A stretch of DNA of 60,339 nucleotides from Clostridia bacterium (GTDB lineage: Bacteria > Bacillota > Clostridia > UMGS1883). Positions within the stretch are counted from its first letter, which is position 1. Every line of letters starts with the position of its first letter. The notes under the pieces were generated by a model. It was not told the DNA's origin, did not search any database, and was given only the letters and a program-made list of their open reading frames with translations. Location of the stretch: contig JAZRLV010000037.1 in the NCBI GenBank assembly GCA_045646985.1, positions 1 to 60,339 of the forward strand, written 5' to 3'. The translations under genes were made by a program, and so were the position numbers. Shown piece by piece: positions 31,234-40,039 of this stretch.

Positions 31234-31252
31234 TTAAGCACCCATACATTCA

Positions 31253-31387
31253 TTAATTATGCTTTGCATCCGTTACAGCAAGAAATGTCGAGTTTATATG
31301 TCCGTCGCCGCAGTTATCAATATCTGTAACATTCCCCTTTATGTCAAATTTTTTAATTATTTCAAGCTGTCTCTCAAAATTTTTCAT
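31253..31387 (-). pseudogene. 44-codon remnant resembling the N-terminus of an APH-family sugar or small-molecule kinase (NahK/MtnK-like)
   Basis: My translation is MKNFERQLEIIKKFDIKGNVTDIDNCGDGHINSTFLAVTDAKHN*. The G.GHIN.T(F/Y)LV motif is the nucleotide-binding-loop region of that family. The ORF stops after 44 codons, 19 nt before azlC. Confidence 0.35.
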
Positions 31388-31549
31388 TTTCAATTCAACT
31401 CCTCATGTCTGCGATGCACAGACTAATTGATTTTATCACATCTTTTTGCAAAAATCAATCTTTTGTCACAAAAATCTATACTTTGCTTGATTTATGCATC
31501 TTATCGTGCTAAAATCAATGTAGATTATTTTGTGAAAAGGATGTTTACT

Positions 31550-32425
31550 ATGAGACTTGACACACTTTTAAAAAGTGATAAGCTATCGCTCTCCTTTGAG
31601 GTGTTTCCTCCAAAGAGCGACACCGCATTTGACTCTGTAAAAACTGCTACGGAGGAGATTGCGAAACTCCGCCCGTCATTTATGAGTGTTACATATGGTG
31701 CAGGCGGCGGAACAAGCCTTTATACTCTTGATATTGCAAAAAACATCAAAAACAGATACTCTGTGCCTACTCTTGCACATCTTACCTGTATTTCCTCCAC
31801 CAAAGAAACAGTGTGGGAGAAAATACAGCAAATGAAAGATGCAGGCATCCAAAACGTAATGGCACTTCGTGGTGACCTTACGCCCGAGCTTGAGAAAAGT
31901 GACCGCAGATTGTGGGCATATCGCCACGCAGTAGACCTAATCCGTGATATTAAAGAAAGCGGTGCGCAATTTTGTATAGGCGGTGCCTGTTATCCTGAAA
32001 TTCACCCCGAAAGCTCTAACCAGGCAGAGGATATCCGTTATCTTAAAGAAAAGGTTGATGCAGGCTGTTCGTTTCTTACTACACAAATGTTTTTTGATAA
32101 CAATCTTTTGTATAATTTCCTTTATAAAATTCGTGAGGCAGGCATATGCGTTCCCGTTATACCGGGTATTATGCCCATTACAAATGCAAATCAGGTAAAA
32201 AGAGCGATTGAGCTTTCCGGCTCTTTTATGCCGCAAAGGTTCAAGAGTCTTGTGGATAAGTTTGGCTCCTCCCCTGATGCAATGAAGCAGGCAGGTATTG
32301 CCTATGCAACAGATCAGATAATTGATTTATTCGCTAACGGAATAACCAATGTACACGTTTATTCAATGAATAACCCTGACGTTGCGACAAAAATACAATC
32401 CAATCTTTCAGATATGCTGGGATGA
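31550..32425 (+). CDS. metF: Methylenetetrahydrofolate reductase
   Basis: SFEVFPPK, SVTYGAGG and the remaining MTHFR pattern. I prefer the start at MRLDTLL (31550) over the in-frame upstream codons. Confidence 0.9.
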   Translation: MRLDTLLKSDKLSLSFEVFPPKSDTAFDSVKTATEEIAKLRPSFMSVTYGAGGGTSLYTLDIAKNIKNRYSVPTLAHLTCISSTKETVWEKIQQMKDAGIQNVMALRGDLTPELEKSDRRLWAYRHAVDLIRDIKESGAQFCIGGACYPEIHPESSNQAEDIRYLKEKVDAGCSFLTTQMFFDNNLLYNFLYKIREAGICVPVIPGIMPITNANQVKRAIELSGSFMPQRFKSLVDKFGSSPDAMKQAGIAYATDQIIDLFANGITNVHVYSMNNPDVATKIQSNLSDMLG

Positions 32426-33102
32426 ATATGAATAATACAGTTTATACAAAGGTTTTTGATTCTCCCCCGATTAATCGCAAGGAAATTCTTCGTTATGCAG
32501 GGGCAAAGGAATCTTTTTTGGAAACAGAGCAGCTTCTTGACATATGCCTTAGTGAGGTCATTGATAAATTAACCTATAAGGTTTGCTATGCACATTTTCC
32601 GCTGTCCTTTTGTGATGAATGCACAGACCTTTCTTTTATGAGGGTGAATTCCTCTGCGCTCAGAAAAAACTTAAAGGATTGCAGCAGCTTTGTGCTGTTT
32701 GCATCAACAATCGGGATTGAGCTTGACCGCCTAATCTCCCGTTACGGAAGAATTTCTCCGTCAAAAGCACTGATGATGCAAGCAATCGGTGCTGAGCGAA
32801 TTGAAAGCCTGTGCGATGCGTTTAATAATATGGTTACAGACGAAGCACGTAAAATGGGAAAATCAACCGCACTGCGTTTTAGTCCGGGCTACGGAGATTT
32901 TCCGTTAGAGGTGCAAAAGGATTTTTTTCGTGTACTTGACCCTTACAGGAAAATAGGTCTTAGTCTGAATGATAGCCTTTTAATGTCGCCCTCAAAATCG
33001 GTAACGGCAATTATAGGAATTTCTGATAAAGAAGTAAAATACGTCAAAACAGACTGCGGTTTGTGTAATAAAATAGATTGTACTTTCAGGAGAACATTAT
33101 GA
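32422..33102 (+). CDS. Stand-alone methionine synthase reactivation (AdoMet-binding) domain protein
   Basis: The RFSPGYGDFPL motif and a size of about 226 aa match the MetH activation domain. ATGA overlaps with both metF and metH. Confidence 0.8.
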   Translation: MNMNNTVYTKVFDSPPINRKEILRYAGAKESFLETEQLLDICLSEVIDKLTYKVCYAHFPLSFCDECTDLSFMRVNSSALRKNLKDCSSFVLFASTIGIELDRLISRYGRISPSKALMMQAIGAERIESLCDAFNNMVTDEARKMGKSTALRFSPGYGDFPLEVQKDFFRVLDPYRKIGLSLNDSLLMSPSKSVTAIIGISDKEVKYVKTDCGLCNKIDCTFRRTL

Positions 33103-35501
33103 ATATCAAAGAATTTTTAAAGAATAACATACTCTACCTTGACGGCGGAATGGGAACACTTCTGCAAAAAGAGGGGCTTTCCCCCGGGGAGCTTCCCGAG
33201 CGCTGGAATATTTCCCACTCAGATATAATTACGAAAATACATCGTGACTATTTTGATGCCGGAAGCAATGTTGTAAGCACAAATACGTTCGGTGCAAACG
33301 TGCTTAAATTTTCGCTCCCTGAGCTTGACGAAATCATCTGCGCCGCTGTAGAAAATGCAAAAAAGGCAAAAAAAGAAAGTACTTCTCTACAAGAAAAATG
33401 GATTGCACTTGACATTGGTCCTACGGGACGTATGCTTGCCCCCTACGGCGACTTTGATTTTGAAGATGCGGTAAATGTTTTTGCACAGACAATAAAAACG
33501 GGTATAAAATACGGCGTTGACCTTATTTTTATAGAAACAATGAACGACAGCTACGAAACCAAGGCGGCACTTCTTGCAGCTAAGGAAAACAGCGACCTTC
33601 CCGTTTTTGTATCAAACGCCTATGGTGAGGATGGCAAGCTTATGACAGGTGCATCACCTGCGGCAATGGTAGCAATGCTTGAGGGTATGGGTGCAGACGC
33701 CGTAGGCATAAACTGTTCACTGGGGCCTAAAGCACTTTCTGCTGTTTGCGAGGAATATCTGCGTTATGCTTCCGTTCCCGTTATACTCAAGCCAAATGCA
33801 GGACTTCCCAGAGCTATCGACGGCGCTACAGTATATGACGTCAGTGCATCTGAATTTGCACAAGATGTAGCACGACTCATTAAAAAAGGTGTGCGTATTG
33901 CAGGCGGCTGTTGCGGAACTACGCCTGAATACATAGCGGCACTTACACAAAAGACAGCGGCGTTCTCCCCCGCCTCTTTAACAAAGAAAAATATTACATG
34001 CGTTTCTTCGTATACACACGCAGTTATATTTGATTCTTCCCCCATATTAATTGGTGAGCGTATAAATCCTACAGGAAAAAAACGCTTTAAGGAAGCACTT
34101 AAAAACAATGACATTGATTACATTTTAAAAGAGGGTATTGCCCAACAGGAAAAGGGTGTGCATATCCTTGATGTAAATGTAGGACTTCCTGATATAGACG
34201 AGGCAGAAATGCTGAAAACTGCTGTTTGTGAGCTTCAGGCAATCATAAATACACCGCTTCAGATTGACACCTCAAACACTGATGCGATGGAGAGTGCTCT
34301 GCGTCGCTATAACGGCAAGGCAATGATTAATTCTGTAAATGGAAAAAAGGAAAGTATGAGTGCCGTTTTCCCACTTGCAAAAAAATATGGCGGTCTTATT
34401 GTTGCGCTGACTCTTGACGAGAATGGCATACCTGAAACTGCCGAGGGCAGAATAAAAATTGCAGAAAAAATTCTTGCGGAGGCTGCTTTATACGGCATTG
34501 ATAAAAAGGATATTATTTTTGACCCTTTGGCACTTACAATAAGTGCAGACACAAATGCAGCTAGTGAAACGCTGCGCAGTGTAAAGCTTATACGTGAAAA
34601 GCTCGCCACTCATACATCACTTGGTGTTTCCAACGTTTCATTTGGCCTCCCCCACAGAGATGCCATAAACTCCACTTTCTTTGCCCTTGCACTTAATAGT
34701 GGTCTTTCTGCGGCTATTATGAATCCCTATTCAGATGATATGATGAAAACCTACTATGCATATAGTGCTCTTATGGGACAGGACGATAACTGTACACGCT
34801 ATATCTCTTTTGCTGATTCTCTCCCTTTAATGCACCCTTCTTCAGTGCAAAATACCACTGTTTCAAAGGAAGAATACAGTTCACTTCTTCAACACGCTAT
34901 TATAAAAGGACTTAAGGAGCAAGCCGCTTCTATAACAAAGGAGCTTTTATTAGCTGTTAATCTGATTGAAATTGTGCAAAATGAAATTATCCCTGCACTC
35001 AACATAGTAGGAACAGGCTTCGAGGAGAAAAAGGTATATCTTCCTCAGCTTTTAATGAGTGCCGAAGCTGCAAAAAGTGCCTTTGAAGTGATAAAAGAAA
35101 ATGTCCCTGTGTCGGAGGATACAAAAAAATGCACCTTTATAATTGCAACTGTTAAAGGCGATATTCACGACATAGGCAAAAACATAGTGAAATTGCTGTT
35201 AGAAAACTACGGCTTTTCGGTAATAGATTTAGGCAAGGACGTTTCCCCCGAAACAATCGCAGAAAAAGCTGTTGAGCTTCACTGCCCCCTCGTGGGACTC
35301 AGTGCACTTATGACAACAACTGTACCTGCTATGGAAGAAACCATTAAACTTCTTCGCAAAAAAGCACCCTGGTGCAAGGTAATTGTCGGAGGTGCCGTGC
35401 TTAATCAGGAGTATGCCGATACAATCGGTGCTGATAAATACGCTAAGGACGCAATGGAGGCTGTCCGCTACGCAGAGGAAATAAACAATCAGATAATTTA
35501 A
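33099..35501 (+). CDS. metH: Cobalamin-dependent methionine synthase lacking the activation domain (Hcy-binding, pterin-binding and B12 domains)
   Basis: Hcy S-methyltransferase N-terminus (LDGGMGT, GGCCGTTP), pterin-binding middle and a B12 domain with the GDIHDIGKN (DxHxxG) motif. ATG 33099 follows AGGAGA. Confidence 0.92.
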   Translation: MNIKEFLKNNILYLDGGMGTLLQKEGLSPGELPERWNISHSDIITKIHRDYFDAGSNVVSTNTFGANVLKFSLPELDEIICAAVENAKKAKKESTSLQEKWIALDIGPTGRMLAPYGDFDFEDAVNVFAQTIKTGIKYGVDLIFIETMNDSYETKAALLAAKENSDLPVFVSNAYGEDGKLMTGASPAAMVAMLEGMGADAVGINCSLGPKALSAVCEEYLRYASVPVILKPNAGLPRAIDGATVYDVSASEFAQDVARLIKKGVRIAGGCCGTTPEYIAALTQKTAAFSPASLTKKNITCVSSYTHAVIFDSSPILIGERINPTGKKRFKEALKNNDIDYILKEGIAQQEKGVHILDVNVGLPDIDEAEMLKTAVCELQAIINTPLQIDTSNTDAMESALRRYNGKAMINSVNGKKESMSAVFPLAKKYGGLIVALTLDENGIPETAEGRIKIAEKILAEAALYGIDKKDIIFDPLALTISADTNAASETLRSVKLIREKLATHTSLGVSNVSFGLPHRDAINSTFFALALNSGLSAAIMNPYSDDMMKTYYAYSALMGQDDNCTRYISFADSLPLMHPSSVQNTTVSKEEYSSLLQHAIIKGLKEQAASITKELLLAVNLIEIVQNEIIPALNIVGTGFEEKKVYLPQLLMSAEAAKSAFEVIKENVPVSEDTKKCTFIIATVKGDIHDIGKNIVKLLLENYGFSVIDLGKDVSPETIAEKAVELHCPLVGLSALMTTTVPAMEETIKLLRKKAPWCKVIVGGAVLNQEYADTIGADKYAKDAMEAVRYAEEINNQII

Positions 35502-35552
35502 CGAAACAGGCGGTGTGGAGAAATTTTTCCACACCGCCTGTTTCGTTAAATT
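35495..35552. terminator. 25-bp perfect inverted repeat acting as a bidirectional terminator
   Basis: AATTTAACGAAACAGGCGGTGTGGA (35495..35519) pairs with TCCACACCGCCTGTTTCGTTAAATT (35528..35552). It reaches into the metH stop codon and touches the stop codon of the convergent gene. Confidence 0.7.
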
Positions 35553-36009
35553 ATTTTTTAATATCCTTTGCCACTGTACTCTTTTTTGAATCCTTTGTCA
35601 TTTCAACTATTTCTTTTTCTGCTTTTGTAACCTTTTTAGCACTTTTCTTTGCGCTTGTTTGCTTTTTTTCACTCGCTTTCTTTTGCGGGGCTTTGGCAAG
35701 CTTTAAAAGCTCTAAGGCTGCATTTACATCTCCCTCAACCATTGTTATTCCGTCAGCGACACTTTCCTCCGGCGTTTTTTCACCTTTTATTAATTTTGCC
35801 AGCTCATCTGCTGTTATTATAACCTTAGCATCTCTGTCATAATATTCGTAAGGCTCTATTATAAGTGCGCCATTGTTTATTTCAACATAAAAAGCACCTT
35901 CACCCTCTCCGTATATGTCAAATTCTACGGCAATGTGATTTTCTATAGCTTTAGCTGCTGATTGATTGATACTGCCTTTCACTAATTCAATAATTTCTTC
36001 GTATGACAT
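35551..36009 (-). CDS. SCP2 (sterol-carrier-like) domain protein with a lysine-rich C-terminal tail
   Basis: MSYEEIIELVKG...FDIYGEGEGAFYVEI..G...IEPYEY.D.D... is an SCP2-like fold pattern. The tail is KKASEKKQTSAKKSAKKVTKAEKE.... ATG 36009 follows AGGAGGG. Confidence 0.6.
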   Translation of the reverse strand: MSYEEIIELVKGSINQSAAKAIENHIAVEFDIYGEGEGAFYVEINNGALIIEPYEYYDRDAKVIITADELAKLIKGEKTPEESVADGITMVEGDVNAALELLKLAKAPQKKASEKKQTSAKKSAKKVTKAEKEIVEMTKDSKKSTVAKDIKK

Positions 36010-36195
36010 ATTAAATCCCTCCTTTTTAATTATTATGCCACATTTTATAATATCCTTCAAGACGAGAATTTGGTGTGTTTTATGTTCTTTTATCTTTTTT
36101 TGCACCTTATTGTCGGAAATATTTTTTAAAGAGATATTGAATTTGTTCAAAAAAAGCGTATAATATAATTAGCTGAAACGAAAGGACTTTGTATT

Positions 36196-37089
36196 ATGGA
36201 AAAAAAGCTTCTTCTGGTATATAATCCCGTCAGCGGTAAGGCACAAATTAAAACCTATCTTGCCGATATCATTGATATCTACAGTGAAAAAGATTATTCG
36301 GTAACACTTCACCCTACAAAGTGCAAGAATGATGGTTACGAATACATAAAGCAACATGCCTGTGAATATGATGTAATTTCAGTATGCGGCGGTGACGGCA
36401 TGCTTAACGAAGCTGTAAGCGCCCTTATGCACATTTCTGCCAAACAGCGACCTGCTATCGCATATCTTCCAGCAGGCAGTACAAATGATTTTGCCGGTAC
36501 AATAGGACTTCCGCTTGATATACGACAGAGTGCAAAAATGGTTGTAGACGGTACCCCGTTTTTCTGCGATGCAGGGAAAATGAACGATAATTATTTTGCA
36601 TATGTTGCCGCTTTCGGTGCATTCACATCAGTATCATATGACACCTCGCAGGATTTTAAAAATGTTTTTGGGCATTTGGCATATGTTATTGAAGGAATTC
36701 GTCAGCTTCCCACCATTAAACCTCTGCATATGCGTATTTCCTTTGACGATGTTGTTATAGAGGATGATTTTATTTTAGGTATGGTAACAAATTCGCTTCA
36801 GGTCGGCGGTATAAAGCATGGTATGGGAACCGCAATCTCTCTTAATGACGGCTTGTTTGAGGTATTTTTACTTAAAAAGCCACAGAATCCCATTGGATAT
36901 CAGAATATTCTTACCAGTTTTCTTACTCAAAGCCTTGACAAAACAGAGGATATAATATCGTTTAAGGCTTCAGATATTGTTTTTGAAAGCGACTCCCCCG
37001 TTCCCTGGACTCTCGACGGAGAGTTCGGCGGAGAAACATCAGAGGTACATATAAATAACCTACAACGGGCATTTGCAGTAATAGTATAG
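36196..37089 (+). CDS. Diacylglycerol/lipid kinase family protein (YegS/DagK-like)
   Basis: LLVYNP.SG, GGDGMLNE, LP.GS.NDFA and a size of 297 aa. Confidence 0.85.
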   Translation: MEKKLLLVYNPVSGKAQIKTYLADIIDIYSEKDYSVTLHPTKCKNDGYEYIKQHACEYDVISVCGGDGMLNEAVSALMHISAKQRPAIAYLPAGSTNDFAGTIGLPLDIRQSAKMVVDGTPFFCDAGKMNDNYFAYVAAFGAFTSVSYDTSQDFKNVFGHLAYVIEGIRQLPTIKPLHMRISFDDVVIEDDFILGMVTNSLQVGGIKHGMGTAISLNDGLFEVFLLKKPQNPIGYQNILTSFLTQSLDKTEDIISFKASDIVFESDSPVPWTLDGEFGGETSEVHINNLQRAFAVIV

Positions 37090-37124
37090 TAAAAGGGGAT
37101 GTAAAAAAAGTCCAAACCGCAAAG

Positions 37125-37162
37125 AAGGCGGTGTGAAAAAATCACTTTTTTCACACCGCCTT
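37125..37162. terminator. Bidirectional terminator (dagK-like gene and the SNF transporter gene)
   Basis: AAGGCGGTGTGAAAAAA / TTTTTTCACACCGCCTT, a 17-bp stem with a 4-nt loop. Confidence 0.7.
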
Positions 37163-37165
37163 TTA

Positions 37166-38524
37166 TCATATCTTAACTATTCCAAAAGCATTAAGTACCG
37201 ACGATACAAGTATCAGTACAATGCAGATAGGCGCAATATATTTTATAACAACAGTAAACAAGCCTTTTCTCTTAAACCTTGCTGTCAGCTCTACTTCTTC
37301 AATAATTGTCCTAGGTTTAATAACATATCCTACAAAGATACATGTAAAGAACGCTACTATTGGCATCAGAACGCTGTTACTTATAAAATCAAAGAAATCA
37401 AGAAACTGCATTCCGATAATCTTAACCTCGCTCCATATGCTGTAACCAAGTGTTGAGGGAAGTCCGATAAGAACTGCACCAACCAAAACAATTAAACATG
37501 AAAGCTTTCTGTTAAGCTTAAATTTGTCACACACTATCGAAACAACCGTTTCCATCAATGAAATAGATGATGTAAGTGCCGCAAAAAGAACCAGCACAAA
37601 GAATGCTATTCCAATTAATGTACCGCCTGCCATGCTTTCAAATACTTTGGGAAGGGTCACAAACATAAGGCTTGGTCCCTGATTAAGATTTTCTGCACTG
37701 CCGCCTGAAAAAGCAAACACAGCAGGAATAATCATAAGACCTGCAAGGAAAGCTATTCCCGTGTCAAAAACCTCAATCTGCTTAACAGATGATTCAAGAT
37801 TAACATCCTTTTTCATATATGAGCCGTATGTTATCATAATACCCATAGCAAGAGACATCGAATAAAACAACTGCCCCATTGCCGCAAGCACCGTTATTAC
37901 AGAAAATTTGCTAAAATCAGGGAATATGTAATATTTAACACCTTCAAGAGCGCCAGGAATAGTGATTGAATAAACTGCGATAAGTATAGACAATCCGATA
38001 AGAACAGGCATCATAATCTTGCTTACCTTTTCAATACCCTTTTCAACGCCACACAACACAACAATCGCTGTTATACCTATAAAGAGCGCAAACCATACAA
38101 TCGGCTCCCCTGCCTGAGAAATAAACCCTGTGAAATAACCATCCTTTGCTGCATTTGATGCATCACTGGTTATAAATGCAAACATATACTTCATTACCCA
38201 TCCGCCGATAACAGAATAATATGGAAGTATTATCGCAGGCACAAGTGCCGCCAAATAACCGATAAATGAATATTTTTTATTCAGCGCACGAAATGCACCG
38301 ATTGCACTTAATCCTGTTTTTCTGCCGATTGCAATTTCTGCACTCATCAACGCAAAGCCGAAAGTAAGCGCTAAAAGGATATATACAAGCAGAAATATTC
38401 CACCGCCATACCTTGCCGCAAGATAAGGGAATCTCCATATATTTCCTAATCCTACGGCAGAGCCTGCTGCTGCAAGCACAAAACCGATTTTTCCGGTAAA
38501 GCTACTTCTTTTTTCAGTATTCAT
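37166..38524 (-). CDS. Sodium-dependent transporter, SNF (neurotransmitter:sodium symporter) family
   Basis: GSAVGLGNIWRFPY signature in a membrane protein of about 12 TM segments. Confidence 0.9.
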   Translation of the reverse strand: MNTEKRSSFTGKIGFVLAAAGSAVGLGNIWRFPYLAARYGGGIFLLVYILLALTFGFALMSAEIAIGRKTGLSAIGAFRALNKKYSFIGYLAALVPAIILPYYSVIGGWVMKYMFAFITSDASNAAKDGYFTGFISQAGEPIVWFALFIGITAIVVLCGVEKGIEKVSKIMMPVLIGLSILIAVYSITIPGALEGVKYYIFPDFSKFSVITVLAAMGQLFYSMSLAMGIMITYGSYMKKDVNLESSVKQIEVFDTGIAFLAGLMIIPAVFAFSGGSAENLNQGPSLMFVTLPKVFESMAGGTLIGIAFFVLVLFAALTSSISLMETVVSIVCDKFKLNRKLSCLIVLVGAVLIGLPSTLGYSIWSEVKIIGMQFLDFFDFISNSVLMPIVAFFTCIFVGYVIKPRTIIEEVELTARFKRKGLFTVVIKYIAPICIVLILVSSVLNAFGIVKI

Positions 38525-38645
38525 AAAAACATCCTCTCAAGTTTTTCCAGTATTTTTTTATTATACTATATTTTTTGATAAAAGTAAATGTTTTTTTATA
38601 ACATAGGAAATTGCGTGCAAAAAGTACGCAATTTAGCTTGTTTCA

Positions 38646-38713
38646 AACAAGCGTACCTACCTGCCCCCAAGAGTGGGGGTCAGGGGGTTGATGCGTTAAA
38701 GCGCTTTTTTATT
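38646..38713 (+). repeat. Intergenic repeat, copy 1 (partner at 60006..60074 in inverted orientation)
   Basis: AACAAGCGTACCTACCTGCCCCCAAGAGTGGGGGTCAGGGGGTTGATGCGTTAAAGCGCTTTTTTATT matches the reverse complement of 60006..60074 at 64 of 69 aligned columns in my hand alignment. Confidence 0.7.
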
Positions 38714-38760
38714 TTTATATAAAAATGCTCACCTATATCCAGTATAAGTGAGCACTAATG

Positions 38761-39972
38761 TTATTTGATTTTTTCAGCCTCCGCTAGCATATTTTCAATA
38801 AATATTCCATATCCACGTGTGGGGTCATTTACAAGCACATGGGTTACTGCGCCGATTAATCTGCCGTTTTGAATAATGGGCGAGCCGCTCATTCCTTGCA
38901 CAATGCCGCCTGTTTTGCTAAGAAGCTGTGGGTCAGTTATTTTTATTGCAAGACCTTTGGTGGCGCTTCCAAACGGCATAGTGCGAAGAATTGCAATCTC
39001 ATACTCTTTTATATCATCATCAACTGTAGACAGGATTTTAGCTTTGCCCGTTTGAACCTGACTTATTGCGCCCACAGGATAACTTGCTCCACGAATGGGA
39101 GAGTCGGGGAAGATATTTCCGAATATTCCTGCTTCGCAGTTTTTTGACACAGTACCCGAAACATTAGCTTCATATGAAAAGCTGCCGCAGATTTCGCCCG
39201 GGGTGCCACGCTCTCCCTTTTTGACCGATACAACACGGCTTTTTTCTACTGTGCCGCTTTGCACAGTGAACATAATTCCTGTGTCAGAATCGCTTATTCC
39301 ATGTCCCAATGCCCCGTAGGTATTTGTCTCAGAATCAAAATATGTCATTGTTCCTACACCTGCGGTGCTGTCACGTACCCATACACCAAGCTTAAAGGTG
39401 CCGTCTGAATCATCACGCACAGGATTGACAATGATTGTTCTTAGCGAGAAATTGCGCATAAGTGTCAATGTGGTGTTTTCGCTAAGATGGGCGGCTACGT
39501 CATCACCGCTTTTAGGTACGTGGCCGTTAATTTCCAGAATTATATCTCCGGCGGTGATTCCTGCTTTTTGTGCAGGGGAAATTTCGCCCTCTCCGCTCAT
39601 TACAGGTGCTGTATCTGTTACAATAAGCCCCTTGTTATGAATGCGAAGTCCGACAAGCTCTCCCGAGGCGTATACACTTTTAGGGGTAGTGATTTTAAGG
39701 TTGATTTTCCGAAAGGGAATTTTATTACCTATTTTTAGCGATGCTTCATATTCGCCCATTTTTAAGGGCGTAATATTTTCTTTGGAAGTTGATGCACAAA
39801 CATTTTCGGGAATATCGGATATTGAAACCCCGACGCCTAAGGAGCTGTTATGCATCTCTCCCTTGTACATGATTATTTGTGACGGAAATGAAAATAATAT
39901 ATTTGCGTATAAAATCAAAAAAGAAATACCTAATGCAAAAAGGCAACACGACAGTTTTTTTAAAATTTTCAC
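38761..39972 (-). CDS. spoIVB: SpoIVB peptidase (S55 sporulation signalling protease)
   Basis: N-terminal TM, a PDZ domain (GDIILEING), then GT.T....E...YGALGHGI.D and GMSGSPI...G.LIGAVTHV. GTG start at 39972 after GGAGGA. Confidence 0.9.
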   Translation of the reverse strand: MKILKKLSCCLFALGISFLILYANILFSFPSQIIMYKGEMHNSSLGVGVSISDIPENVCASTSKENITPLKMGEYEASLKIGNKIPFRKINLKITTPKSVYASGELVGLRIHNKGLIVTDTAPVMSGEGEISPAQKAGITAGDIILEINGHVPKSGDDVAAHLSENTTLTLMRNFSLRTIIVNPVRDDSDGTFKLGVWVRDSTAGVGTMTYFDSETNTYGALGHGISDSDTGIMFTVQSGTVEKSRVVSVKKGERGTPGEICGSFSYEANVSGTVSKNCEAGIFGNIFPDSPIRGASYPVGAISQVQTGKAKILSTVDDDIKEYEIAILRTMPFGSATKGLAIKITDPQLLSKTGGIVQGMSGSPIIQNGRLIGAVTHVLVNDPTRGYGIFIENMLAEAEKIK

Positions 39973-40002
39973 GTTGATTCCTCCGATGAAAAACTACTGT
40001 CT

Positions 40003-40034
40003 TTATATTGCCATAAATCATTTTTAAATATGTA
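40003..40034 (-). promoter_or_regulatory. Possible forespore-type (sigma-F/G-like) promoter upstream of spoIVB
   Basis: Read on the minus strand: TACATA, about 16 nt, then GGCAATATAA. This loosely resembles the GCATA / GG..A.A.TA sigma-F pattern. Weak, by eye only. Confidence 0.25.
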
Positions 40035-40039
40035 GGAAA

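Noticed and set aside
31388-31549. A possible SAM riboswitch or T-box leader upstream of metF/metH.
   Set aside because: The region is AT-rich, lacks the conserved SAM-I core or a T-box sequence, and has no terminator/antiterminator pair. Only a promoter-like TGCTAAAAT element was seen.
35229-35842. Two ORFs (35229..35534 minus, 35513..35842 plus) beginning with almost the same peptide, MW(K/R)NFSTPPVSLNY.
   Set aside because: The shared peptide is an artefact of translating both arms of the 25-bp perfect palindrome at 35495..35552. Both ORFs are antisense to well-supported genes (metH and the SCP2 protein).
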